NCBI GenBank assembly: GCA_020343875.1
Contig: CP070811.1
Span: forward strand, 4,882,310 to 4,946,309
Length of the DNA stretch: 64,000 nt
From: Anaerolineales bacterium
Lineage (GTDB): Bacteria > Chloroflexota > Anaerolineae > 4572-78 > NAK82
Reading direction: 5' to 3'
Below the pieces are notes generated by a model. That model was not told the origin of the DNA. It saw only the letters and a program-made list of their open reading frames with translations, and did not search any database. Below are positions 54,519 through 62,974 of the stretch, in pieces (position 1 is the first letter of the stretch; each line of letters opens with the position of its first letter). Position numbers and translations under genes: made by a program.

Positions 54519-57123
54519 ATCGCTCCCGTCTGACCTTCTCCTCCTGGTCATCCTCGTGCTGGGAGACGGACTGCTACTGACGCCAGCCGGCAGCCCGCTC
54601 CGAGTGACTGGCGCGCTGATCCTATTCCTGCTGCCCGGCCTGGCCTGGGCCAGACGGCTGTTTCCCACCCTGGACCCTCTCACCCGCTGGACCCTTGGGG
54701 CTGGGTTGAGCTACACTCTGGCCATGGTCCTGGGGCTGATCCTGCATTACCTGCCCGGTCCCCTCCCTCTGTGGGCTGAGCTGACAGCGCTGAATGCCCT
54801 TGTCCTGATCTCTGGGTTGGCGGCCGGTGGCCGGCAATCCGCATCCCGCCGCCACTCGGCAGAGCTGAACCGCTGGTTGCTGATAGTCTTGCTTTTGGCC
54901 GCCATCTTCCGCCTGGTCAGCCTGGGCTATAGCGAGTTTCAGGGCGATGAAGCGCTGGCTATGATCACCGCAGCTGAGGCCCTGGAAGGCCACCAAGACG
55001 CCCTTTACTTACGCGGTAAGGGCCCGGGCGAGGTACTGCTGCCTATGGCTCTGTGGCGCCTGACGGGCACAATCAACGAAGCAGCTGCTCGCCTCCCCTT
55101 CGCCATAGCCGGTTTGCTGATGGTGCTGACCGTCTATTTGCTGGGGCGCAGGCTGTTTCATAGCCGCACCGGTCTGTCGAAGGGTTTGGGAAAAGAGAGG
55201 AGACATCTGGGTGAGCAGGCCGGTCTGATCGCGGCTGGACTACTGGCCCTGAATGGCTTTTTGGTCGGCTTTTCCCGTATCGTACAATATCAGAGCCTGG
55301 TGGTCTGGATGAGCGGACTGGCATTCCTCTGCGCGTGGGAGTGGCGGGCTAGTGAAGATCGGCAGGCCCCCCGCTGGGCGGGACTGGCTGGTGCTTTCCT
55401 GGCCACCGGTTTGCTAGCCCACTATGACGCAATTCTCGTCGCCCCTGCTTTGGGCTATCTGTCAGTATCAGCCATCAAATCAACCAATCAGCAAACCCGT
55501 GGACCGGCAAATCTCCAATCCCTTGCCTCCAGCTTCCTCATAGCCGCTGGCGCCCTGTTGATCATCGCGGGCCTTTTCTACCTGCCCTACCTTCTCGATC
55601 CGCAAGCAACTCGTACCGGAGCTTACCTGGGCGATCGAATCGGGGATAGCCTCTTCAAGAATAACCTGAGAAGCTTCCTGCACTTCAACATTTTTTACAG
55701 TTCATCATATTATGTCATGTTCACGGGCCTGCTGGTAATGGGATTTGTGGCCTGGGCACTACGTCACACTCCGGGGATTCAGTCCATCCCCGGAGGACGC
55801 TACTGGGTCCCGCTGCTGGCTGCCATCGCGATCCTGGGGCTGATGCTCCACCCCAACACCTTGCGCGTCGCCGACTTGGACCTGGCTGCCCTACCCTTTA
55901 CCCTGATCCTACTGGGCGCGTTGCTATCCTCAGCCCTGGACGCCGGCCAACGCGCCGTCCTGGCCTGGCTAACGGTCCCTTTTCTCGGCTATAACTTTGC
56001 GGTTGCCCTGCCCTTGACCCACATTTACACCATTGTTCCCGCCTGGACCTTGCTAGCTGGTCTAGCCGGCGCCCAACTGTGGGGCCTGATTCAATCTCGA
56101 GTATTCAAAGAATATGCCAACGTAGACGGCAAATCGCAGTCTGTTGCCCTCTATTTCCTGCTCCTGGCTGCATGCTACCTGTTACCAGCCACCCTATTCA
56201 GCGGCTACCTCTACACCGCCTACCTACGCCACGACGTGGAATTCTGGCAGGATTGGCCCAATAGCCAGCCCAGCCTATACTGGTCCCCCTACCAGGAGCT
56301 GCCCCCGGCTGGCTTCTTCGGCTTTGCGCACCGGGCTGGCTGGAAGGAAGCAGGCGCTCTTTACGCCCAGGGAACGTTGAGAGGGGATTATGGCAGCAAC
56401 GAAGAGCCTGAAGTGACCAGCTGGTATACTCGGGGCGCCCCCCGAGCCTGCGACCCGCAACCAGAATATTACTTTATCGCTGATGACCTGGTTGATCCCT
56501 GGCCGCTAGACCCGGACACTATCGAAGCCAGTTACACCTCAATTGGGCAAGTTGTCCTACCCAATAAGAAAGGACTGGCCATTTATCAAGCACAGCCCTC
56601 GACCGTCGAGCTAGGCCATCTCCCGGCCGGAACTTTGGGCCCTCTCTTCGACCGCACCGCCACCCCGGCTGCGTTCGCCCGTTCCGCGCGGGGAAGCCAT
56701 CCCGCTGACGCAAACATGGCCGGGCAGGTTCGCCTGGTTGGTTATGACCTGGACACTCGCCGCGCGTGGCCCGGTGGCCGGGTGTCGGTAACCCTCTACT
56801 GGCAGGCACAAGCCTCCCTATCAGAGGATTATCACGTCTTCGTGCACTTGGAGGCGCTTGAAGAAGCTGGGAGTGCATCTGGTATCTGGGGTCAGGCTAA
56901 TGGGCGCCCCGTTTGCTGGACCTATCCTACCTTTGACTGGCGACCGGGTCAGATCATCGCCGACCAGCACGCCATCGCGGTCAAACCTGACACCCCAACC
57001 GGTGACTATCCCATCCTGATTGGCATTTACCAGCCCGATACCGGCACCCGGCTGGATGTGTTAGATAAGGAGGGGAAGCCGGTTGCCAACTTCGTGAAAC
57101 TAGCAACGGTGTCAATCCGATGA
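54496..57123 (+). CDS. GT-C membrane glycosyltransferase (ArnT/PMT, GT39-like) with a C-terminal soluble domain
   Basis: 875 aa with >12 TM helices. The early loop YSEFQGDEA resembles the DE/DxD loop of GT39. GTG start with an AGGAG upstream; overlaps the thioesterase 3' end by 23 nt. Confidence 0.75.
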   Translation: MTDDQSHKSLPSDLLLLVILVLGDGLLLTPAGSPLRVTGALILFLLPGLAWARRLFPTLDPLTRWTLGAGLSYTLAMVLGLILHYLPGPLPLWAELTALNALVLISGLAAGGRQSASRRHSAELNRWLLIVLLLAAIFRLVSLGYSEFQGDEALAMITAAEALEGHQDALYLRGKGPGEVLLPMALWRLTGTINEAAARLPFAIAGLLMVLTVYLLGRRLFHSRTGLSKGLGKERRHLGEQAGLIAAGLLALNGFLVGFSRIVQYQSLVVWMSGLAFLCAWEWRASEDRQAPRWAGLAGAFLATGLLAHYDAILVAPALGYLSVSAIKSTNQQTRGPANLQSLASSFLIAAGALLIIAGLFYLPYLLDPQATRTGAYLGDRIGDSLFKNNLRSFLHFNIFYSSSYYVMFTGLLVMGFVAWALRHTPGIQSIPGGRYWVPLLAAIAILGLMLHPNTLRVADLDLAALPFTLILLGALLSSALDAGQRAVLAWLTVPFLGYNFAVALPLTHIYTIVPAWTLLAGLAGAQLWGLIQSRVFKEYANVDGKSQSVALYFLLLAACYLLPATLFSGYLYTAYLRHDVEFWQDWPNSQPSLYWSPYQELPPAGFFGFAHRAGWKEAGALYAQGTLRGDYGSNEEPEVTSWYTRGAPRACDPQPEYYFIADDLVDPWPLDPDTIEASYTSIGQVVLPNKKGLAIYQAQPSTVELGHLPAGTLGPLFDRTATPAAFARSARGSHPADANMAGQVRLVGYDLDTRRAWPGGRVSVTLYWQAQASLSEDYHVFVHLEALEEAGSASGIWGQANGRPVCWTYPTFDWRPGQIIADQHAIAVKPDTPTGDYPILIGIYQPDTGTRLDVLDKEGKPVANFVKLATVSIR

Positions 57124-57821
57124 GCAGGCGACAGGCCCACGACGCTTCAAACCTGCCAACCAAGCTGCCCTCTAATTCTCCAATTCCTGTTGGTTGGGGA
57201 CTGTTGGCAGGCACGCTGCTGGGGGCAGTAGGGGCTTCATTCGCGCCGTGGGTAAGCCGCCCACCCGCTGCACTGGTGCTGACTGCTCCAGACTTGGCCG
57301 AGTTTGTGAAGTTTCTGCCTGAAGTGCGCGACGGATCACTGGTGGTGTATCGATTATTGTTTCTGTTGCCTCTCTTCGTTTACACCGCTGGACTGCCGAT
57401 GATAATTTACGCCCGTCGGCTTGCCTATCCTGGCTGGATACGCTGGCCAGTTCTAGTCCTTGTCATCCCCCTCTCGCTGACTCTCTTGCCGCCAGTCTGG
57501 AGTCCCGGCGTGTTGCTGTCGGCCGAGTTTAGGGCGCAAACCGTTGCATTTGTATTCTGCCTAAGCCTGCTGGTCGCCACACGCTGGCTGGGACGTGTGC
57601 CGTTGCGCCCACTAACCACCCTGGTTGCCTTCTGTTCGGTGATAGCCCCGGCCCTGGCGTTTTGGCAGTTCTTTGTTGTGCGCGGAGCGGTTGCCCGCGC
57701 CTATGCCAGCCCCGTCAACCCTGGTTGGGGAGCGTGGGCTCTCCTGGTTGGCCTGGCTCTGATCCTTTTTGGCGCGCTATGCGTGGCGCGCGATCGCCTA
57801 GCAGAGCCAGCACCTGACTGA
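57120..57821 (+). CDS. hypothetical polytopic membrane protein
   Basis: 233 aa with ~6 TM helices. ATGA overlap with the upstream GT-C gene (57120..57123). Confidence 0.6.
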   Translation: MSRRQAHDASNLPTKLPSNSPIPVGWGLLAGTLLGAVGASFAPWVSRPPAALVLTAPDLAEFVKFLPEVRDGSLVVYRLLFLLPLFVYTAGLPMIIYARRLAYPGWIRWPVLVLVIPLSLTLLPPVWSPGVLLSAEFRAQTVAFVFCLSLLVATRWLGRVPLRPLTTLVAFCSVIAPALAFWQFFVVRGAVARAYASPVNPGWGAWALLVGLALILFGALCVARDRLAEPAPD

Positions 57822-57877
57822 GCTTGCCAATTATCCAGCCAGCCGACGGCAGTCTTAGACCAGGTTGCTTTTGAGAC

Positions 57878-57905
57878 TGCAACTTTTGCCAAGGAACTGC
57901 GTAAT
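57878..57905 (+). promoter_or_regulatory. candidate ECF-type promoter TGCAAC-N16-CGTAAT
   Basis: It shows the AAC ... CGT spacing pattern characteristic of autoregulated ECF promoters, about 65 nt upstream of the ECF sigma start. Match by eye only. Confidence 0.35.
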
Positions 57906-57971
57906 CAATAGTGCAGAGTATCCGGTACCAATTAAAAGAAAACAAGCACCACTCCCAAAAGGGGCCCGCAA

Positions 57972-58571
57972 GTGAATGACGACGAACAACTCTGGATTGG
58001 CCGCGCTCGGCAGGGGGATGATGAAGCCTTTTCCCAGTTGGTAGAGGCCTACCAGCGTCCGGTCTTTAACGTTTGCTACCGAATGCTGGGCGACCCGGCT
58101 GAGGCAGAAGATGCAGCCCAGGAGACCTTTATCCGAGCCTACACTCGGATCGATTCATATGATCCCAACCGAAAATTCTCGTCTTGGCTTCTGGCGATTG
58201 CTTCACACTACTGTATTGACCGGCTGCGCAGGCGGCGTTTCAGCCTAGTGTCGTGGGACGACTTGCCGCCTTGGCGCTGGCTGCCCGACCCCCAGCCTCA
58301 GCCTGAAGAGGTGACCCTGCGCCACGAGGCACAACGCCATTTGCATGAGTTGCTGGACCAGCTCCCGCCAGACTACAGGGCGGCAGTTATCTTACGCTAC
58401 TGGCATGAACTATCCTACGAGGAAATTGCTGAGGCGCTCAATTCGACGTTGCCCGCCATCAAATCGCGACTGTTTCGCGCACGGCAAATGTTGGCCCAAG
58501 CTGCCGCCCAAGCTGAAAGTTTGCCCGCCCTGAAACAGCCCGCGTTCGCAAACGGTGTGGAGGCCTTATGA
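57972..58571 (+). CDS. ECF-family RNA polymerase sigma factor (sigma-70 regions 2 and 4)
   Basis: 199 aa. Region 2 (FSQLVEAYQRPVFNVCYRMLGDPAEAEDAAQETFIRAY) and region 4 (LSYEEIAEALNSTLPAIKSRLFRAR). GTG start. Confidence 0.9.
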   Translation: MNDDEQLWIGRARQGDDEAFSQLVEAYQRPVFNVCYRMLGDPAEAEDAAQETFIRAYTRIDSYDPNRKFSSWLLAIASHYCIDRLRRRRFSLVSWDDLPPWRWLPDPQPQPEEVTLRHEAQRHLHELLDQLPPDYRAAVILRYWHELSYEEIAEALNSTLPAIKSRLFRARQMLAQAAAQAESLPALKQPAFANGVEAL

Positions 58572-58581
58572 GGTGAGGATT

Positions 58582-59151
58582 ATGAAATGTGATACCTACC
58601 GTGAACAGATGTCACTCTGGATTGATAGCCAACTCACTCAAGACGAGATTCGAAGAATAGAGGCGCACACAGCGACCTGTCAGGCTTGCCGTAGCGCGCT
58701 TGACGCGCTACACCGGGTGGATCGCCTGCTGGTATCGGCCCCGATGATGTCACCCGCGCCTGGGTTCAGTGCCCGCTTCCAGGTCAAGCTGGTCGCCCGC
58801 CGCCGACGGCGTCGCACCTGGGCCGGAGTAGCCACTCTGATGCTGGCCACCCTGGCTCTACTGATGGGCGCCATAATCGTGGTGGGCATCTCCGGATTGG
58901 CACTCTGGCAGAGCCTCTCAGCCAGTGGACTGCTGACCCAAGGTATTGGCTTGTTGCTGGACCTGGGCAAAGCGCTGGCAGCATCCCTCAGGCTGACGTG
59001 GCTGGTGATCGACGCACTCAGCCGAGGGCTAAGACATCCGCTATTTATCGCCTACACCGTGTTGACTGCGCTCCTCGTTGTCGCGTGGACACAAATTGTC
59101 ACCCGCCGTGTTTTCGCTCGCCGCCCGGTCACAGTCAATTCTCACGGCTAG
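58582..59151 (+). CDS. anti-sigma factor (zf-HC2 N-terminal domain plus TM helices)
   Basis: MKCDTYREQMSLWIDSQL...HTATCQACRSAL carries the H-x3-C-x2-C motif. A GAGGTGAGGA RBS is present. I trimmed 9 codons from the track ORF. Confidence 0.8.
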   Translation: MKCDTYREQMSLWIDSQLTQDEIRRIEAHTATCQACRSALDALHRVDRLLVSAPMMSPAPGFSARFQVKLVARRRRRRTWAGVATLMLATLALLMGAIIVVGISGLALWQSLSASGLLTQGIGLLLDLGKALAASLRLTWLVIDALSRGLRHPLFIAYTVLTALLVVAWTQIVTRRVFARRPVTVNSHG

Positions 59152-59172
59152 TAGACAGGAGATGATTACCCA

Positions 59173-60051
59173 ATGAGAAACAGCCTGATCATTTTGTTGA
59201 GCCTTAGCTTGCTGATGCTGCCGGCTATAGCCTGCACCATTACCCTGCCCTCGGTCAAAACTCAGGTGGGTAAGCTGCGAGAGGAGTCGGTCCAGGTGCC
59301 CCTGGAAGACGCAGCCGATGCTGAGGTGGACATCACCTTTGGCGCTGGCGAGCTACGACTACGCCCAGGAGTTGCAGAAGGGCTCCTGGAAGCAGATTTC
59401 ACCTACAACGTTGATGAACTCCAGCCTGTGTTGGAACAGGACCGACATGGAGACCGGTTGGAAGTTACTCTACATATCGAGACTGAGGGCCTATCGCTAA
59501 ACTTGGGCGACAAGACGCGCAATGAATGGGACGTCCGGCTGAGCGACCGGGTACCTATCTCCCTTGGCCTCGACCTGGGAGCCGCCAGAGGACGGGTAAA
59601 TCTGGGAGGCCTGCGCCTCACTGACGCTCATATCAGAACAGGTGCAGCTGATGTCGAAGTCGAATGGGACCAGCCCAATCCCGAATTGCTCGACCTGCTT
59701 GAGATAGACGCTGGTGCCGCTAACCTTGAAATCCACCAGCTGGGCAACGCCCACTTCGATCAGTTGAACTTCACTGGTGGCGCGGGTAACTTCAGCCTGG
59801 ACTTCTCTGGCGACTGGCAACAGTCAGCACGGGTAAGCATCAATGCTGGCTTAAGCAACTTGACGCTGATACTGCCGGAAGATGTAGGCGTAAAAGTGAA
59901 TACCGATGACAAAGCCCTGACCAACGTCAATGCCGCAGGATTCCAGCGCCGGGCTTCTGCCTGGGTGAACGACGCCTACGGCGAGAGTGATCTGGAACTG
60001 ATCATCAACGTTGACATCGGACTCGGCAACTTGATCTTGATTGAGGAGTAA
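59173..60051 (+). CDS. DUF4097/toast-rack (putative adhesin, LiaG-like) domain lipoprotein
   Basis: 292 aa with signal and Cys (AIAC). It has repetitive beta-helix-like segments (GAGELRLRPG, GAADVEVEW, GAANLEIHQ, GAGNFSLDF, GLSNLTLIL). Confidence 0.65.
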   Translation: MRNSLIILLSLSLLMLPAIACTITLPSVKTQVGKLREESVQVPLEDAADAEVDITFGAGELRLRPGVAEGLLEADFTYNVDELQPVLEQDRHGDRLEVTLHIETEGLSLNLGDKTRNEWDVRLSDRVPISLGLDLGAARGRVNLGGLRLTDAHIRTGAADVEVEWDQPNPELLDLLEIDAGAANLEIHQLGNAHFDQLNFTGGAGNFSLDFSGDWQQSARVSINAGLSNLTLILPEDVGVKVNTDDKALTNVNAAGFQRRASAWVNDAYGESDLELIINVDIGLGNLILIEE

Positions 60052-60057
60052 GGAATC

Positions 60058-61260
60058 ATGAAGAGACTACTTTACGCAACCCTATTACTGATCCTGATGC
60101 TGACTTGGGCCGCGCCAGCTTTTGCCCAGGAGGGCCACGAGCGGCCCGGTCAGGTGATCGTTGGCAGCGACCTCAGGCTAGAACCAGGAGACGTCATCAC
60201 TGGCGACGTGGTCATCTTCGGCGGCAACCTGCGAATGGCCGAAGGCAGCCGAATCGAGGGCGATGTGGTCGTCTTCGGCGGGCGTGGTGATATCAATGGG
60301 CAGCTGGAGGGTGATGCAGCTTTCATAGGCGGCAACGCCAATTTGGGACCCGCTGCCCGAGTTGAGGGGGACGTCGCATCTGTCGGCGGTACAGTGCTCA
60401 TGGAGGACGGGGCATACGTGCGGGGCGAAGTCATCGAAACCTCCAGGTTTGACCTTGGTAGAATCCCCTTGCCCCCCATCAGACCCATCCCCCCACAACT
60501 GGAATTGGACCGAGGCTTCGACTTTCAACCGGCAAACCAGTTCTTGCGCATCGTGCTTGCCTCTGTGCGAGGGCTGGTGACAGCATTGGTGATATCGGCT
60601 ATCGGCTTGCTGGTACTGCTCTTTCTGCCTGAGCATAGCCAGACTGTGGGGCGGACCATCAGACACGCAGCGCCAGTCAGCTTCCTGATAGGGCTTCTGA
60701 CCCTCGTCGTCGGCACTCTGGCGTTGCTCTTACTCATTGTCACCTGCTGCTTGCTGCCTGTGGGTCTCTTGCTGGCACTTGCCCTGATCCTGGCCACTCT
60801 ATTCGGCTGGATCGTGGTTGGGTACTTATTGGGAGGACGTATTCTGAAAGCGATCCAAAAAGACAAGGCAGAACCCACGCCGGTTGCCTCGGCGCTGGTT
60901 GGTATCTTCGTGGTGACACTGGTGCAGCAAGGGATGATGGCGCTCAGATTTGTCCCGTGTCTGGGATTCTTCTTCTGGTTGCTGGGCGCATTGCTTTGGC
61001 TGCTCATTGCCTGTACTGGACTGGGTGCGGTGGTACTAACTCGCTTCGGGACGCAGGCCTATAACGGGTCATCCTTTGCCCGCACACCGCCACCTCCCTT
61101 GCCTCCCACGCCACCACCAACCCAAATCGTGTCGCCAGACGATGCCGGACCAGAACCGAATCAGGAGGCCGCCCTTGAGCCAGAGGGCGAAGCACCTGAG
61201 GCAACCGGCACGGCCACTCCACAGGCGAGCAAGGGAGAGGAAGAAGACACAAAGGCCTGA
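60058..61260 (+). CDS. membrane protein with N-terminal bactofilin-like (polymer-forming, DUF583-type) repeats, multiple TM helices and a Pro-rich/acidic tail
   Basis: 400 aa. Repeats GDVVIFGGNLRM, GDVVVFGGRGDI, GDAAFIGGNANL, GDVASVGGTVLM, then ~5 TM helices, then PPPPLPPTPPPT. Confidence 0.65.
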   Translation: MKRLLYATLLLILMLTWAAPAFAQEGHERPGQVIVGSDLRLEPGDVITGDVVIFGGNLRMAEGSRIEGDVVVFGGRGDINGQLEGDAAFIGGNANLGPAARVEGDVASVGGTVLMEDGAYVRGEVIETSRFDLGRIPLPPIRPIPPQLELDRGFDFQPANQFLRIVLASVRGLVTALVISAIGLLVLLFLPEHSQTVGRTIRHAAPVSFLIGLLTLVVGTLALLLLIVTCCLLPVGLLLALALILATLFGWIVVGYLLGGRILKAIQKDKAEPTPVASALVGIFVVTLVQQGMMALRFVPCLGFFFWLLGALLWLLIACTGLGAVVLTRFGTQAYNGSSFARTPPPPLPPTPPPTQIVSPDDAGPEPNQEAALEPEGEAPEATGTATPQASKGEEEDTKA

Positions 61261-61280
61261 GCATAGCGCCCATACATATA

Positions 61281-61316
61281 TAGCGTGGGGACATCCTTAC
61301 GAATATCCCCACGCTA
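61281..61316 (+). terminator. 11-bp perfect hairpin 20 nt after the 60058..61260 stop (no U tract)
   Basis: TAGCGTGGGGA at 61281..61291 pairs with TCCCCACGCTA at 61306..61316, with a 14-nt loop. Confidence 0.4.
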
Positions 61317-61321
61317 CACTC

Positions 61322-61441
61322 GGTACTCGTTCAAAGATAGTTTAGCATACTTTGTCTGCGTTTGGCAGATCAGAGATGCCAAGGCGGGGGTGCGCACCAG
61401 ATTTTTGGGACGCACCCCCAGGTCGTCGATGGACGAGTACT
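61322..61441 (+). ncRNA. candidate cis-regulatory three-way-junction RNA upstream of the corrinoid protein gene
   Basis: P1 is GGTACTCGTTCA (61322..61333) with TGGACGAGTACT (61430..61441): 12 bp including 2 G.U. P2 is TTGGCA (61362..61367) with TGCCAA (61377..61382). P3 is GGGGGTGCG (61386..61394) with CGCACCCCC (61411..61419). Not recognised as a known class. Confidence 0.3.
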
Positions 61442-61579
61442 CTGCAAATTGGCGAATTCTTGCAGAACGAGTAAAATGTCTGTGAATGAAAATGGTGGTA
61501 CCTACGATGCTCATTTCTCGTGACCCAGCCCGGGTCTAACAACAAATTCCGACAGCCAACGAAAGGAGCGCAAGTCAAT

Positions 61580-62215
61580 ATGAGTCTCGAAGCCATCTAC
61601 GAAGCAGTACTCAGCGGCGATGCAGGCACGACCGAAGCCAAAGTAAAGGCCGCCCTGGAGGCCAATACACCACCCGAAGACGTCCTCTACAAATCCTGCA
61701 TCCCGGCTATGGAAGAGGTAGGCCGTCTTTTTGAAGAGGGCGAGAAGTTCGTGCCTGAGATGCTCATTTCGGCCCGGGCTATGCAGGCCGCTATGCGTCT
61801 CCTCAAGCCGCTGCTGCTGCAAGCGGACATCAAGACGCTGGGCAAAGTGGTCATGGGCACCGTGGCCGGCGACTTGCACGACATTGGCAAGAACCTGGTC
61901 AGCATGATGCTGGAGGGCTCCGGCTTCGAGGTCATAGACCTGGGCACGGATGTGTCTCCCCAGAGATTCGTGGATGCGGTGCGAGAGCACCAGCCGCAGG
62001 TGATTGGCATGTCGGCCTTGCTAACCACCACCATGCCATCCATGAGGGCTACTGTCGAGGCTCTGAAAGAAGCGGGCTTGCGTGAAGGGGTCAGGGTCAT
62101 GATTGGGGGTGCTCCCATCACCCAAGATTTCGCTGACAAGATCGGCGCCGACGGATTCGCGCCGGATGCCAGCAGCGCCACCCGCAGGGCCAAGGCATTG
62201 GTAGGTACCACCTAG
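61580..62215 (+). CDS. cobalamin-binding corrinoid protein (B12-binding_2 cap plus Rossmann B12-binding domain; MtbC/MtmC-like)
   Basis: DxHxxG motif (GDLHDIGKNLV) and SALLTTT. An AAGGAG RBS precedes the ATG at 61580. I trimmed 20 codons from the track ORF. Confidence 0.85.
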   Translation: MSLEAIYEAVLSGDAGTTEAKVKAALEANTPPEDVLYKSCIPAMEEVGRLFEEGEKFVPEMLISARAMQAAMRLLKPLLLQADIKTLGKVVMGTVAGDLHDIGKNLVSMMLEGSGFEVIDLGTDVSPQRFVDAVREHQPQVIGMSALLTTTMPSMRATVEALKEAGLREGVRVMIGGAPITQDFADKIGADGFAPDASSATRRAKALVGTT

Positions 62216-62240
62216 TACGACAATCTGTTTGCTTGAGGAA

Positions 62241-62279
62241 TGTCATTCTGCCTGCATTCGTGATGCAGGCAGAATGACA
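62241..62279 (+). terminator. 17-bp perfect hairpin 26 nt after the corrinoid gene stop (no U tract)
   Basis: TGTCATTCTGCCTGCAT at 62241..62257, loop TCGTG, ATGCAGGCAGAATGACA at 62263..62279. Confidence 0.45.
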
Positions 62280-62666
62280 GAGCCGCATAGCACTACGGGC
62301 TGATGTTTTCCCCTCGGAAAGGTCATAAAGCTGCCAGCGCGGCTCAACACGACACCACAGCATCAAGCAACAGTCAGCAAAAACCTTTCTCTTTACCTTT
62401 GCAGACTCCACTGCGTTTGCGTGGATTGGCAATCCGATCCCAAACTCTCTCCTTTCACCCATACGAATGATTGGTGACATTTGGCCTAATTGTTTATGGC
62501 AAACAACACTTGCCCTCAGGCCCACAACACGCTACGTTTACACTAAAATCTGATGGATGTTAGTCTGATAGACATTTGCTAGGCTTGCGCGACAAGCTGG
62601 CATAATTATGTCTATCTCACGCTACTTGAAGAATCCGAAGGTACGCTCCTCCAGGAGACGAGAGAC

Positions 62667-62933
62667 GTGAAACTCTGGCGTAAACCTCTCGATCAGGATC
62701 GGGTTGTAGTTCCGCGTGGCGAGATCCACCTCATCGTTGAGCGCTGCAAGGGCTGCCAACTGTGCGCGACCTATTGCCCACGTGACGTCCTGGAGATGTC
62801 TAGCCTCTTTAATACCAGGGGATACCATCCCCCTCAAGTACGCAACGCTCGACGCTGCCTTGTCTGCGGGTTGTGTACAATGCTCTGCCCCGAGTTCGCC
62901 ATCTATGTTGAAGAGGTGGGGCATGACCAGTAA
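62667..62933 (+). CDS. korD: 2-oxoacid:ferredoxin oxidoreductase delta subunit (2x[4Fe-4S] ferredoxin-like)
   Basis: 88 aa with CKGCQLCATYCP and CLVCGLCTMLCP. GTG start. It sits directly upstream of the alpha subunit. Confidence 0.8.
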   Translation: MKLWRKPLDQDRVVVPRGEIHLIVERCKGCQLCATYCPRDVLEMSSLFNTRGYHPPQVRNARRCLVCGLCTMLCPEFAIYVEEVGHDQ

Positions 62934-62974
62934 TCTGTGTCACAGCCCCTATTTGCCTCATGGGAAGGCGCCGC

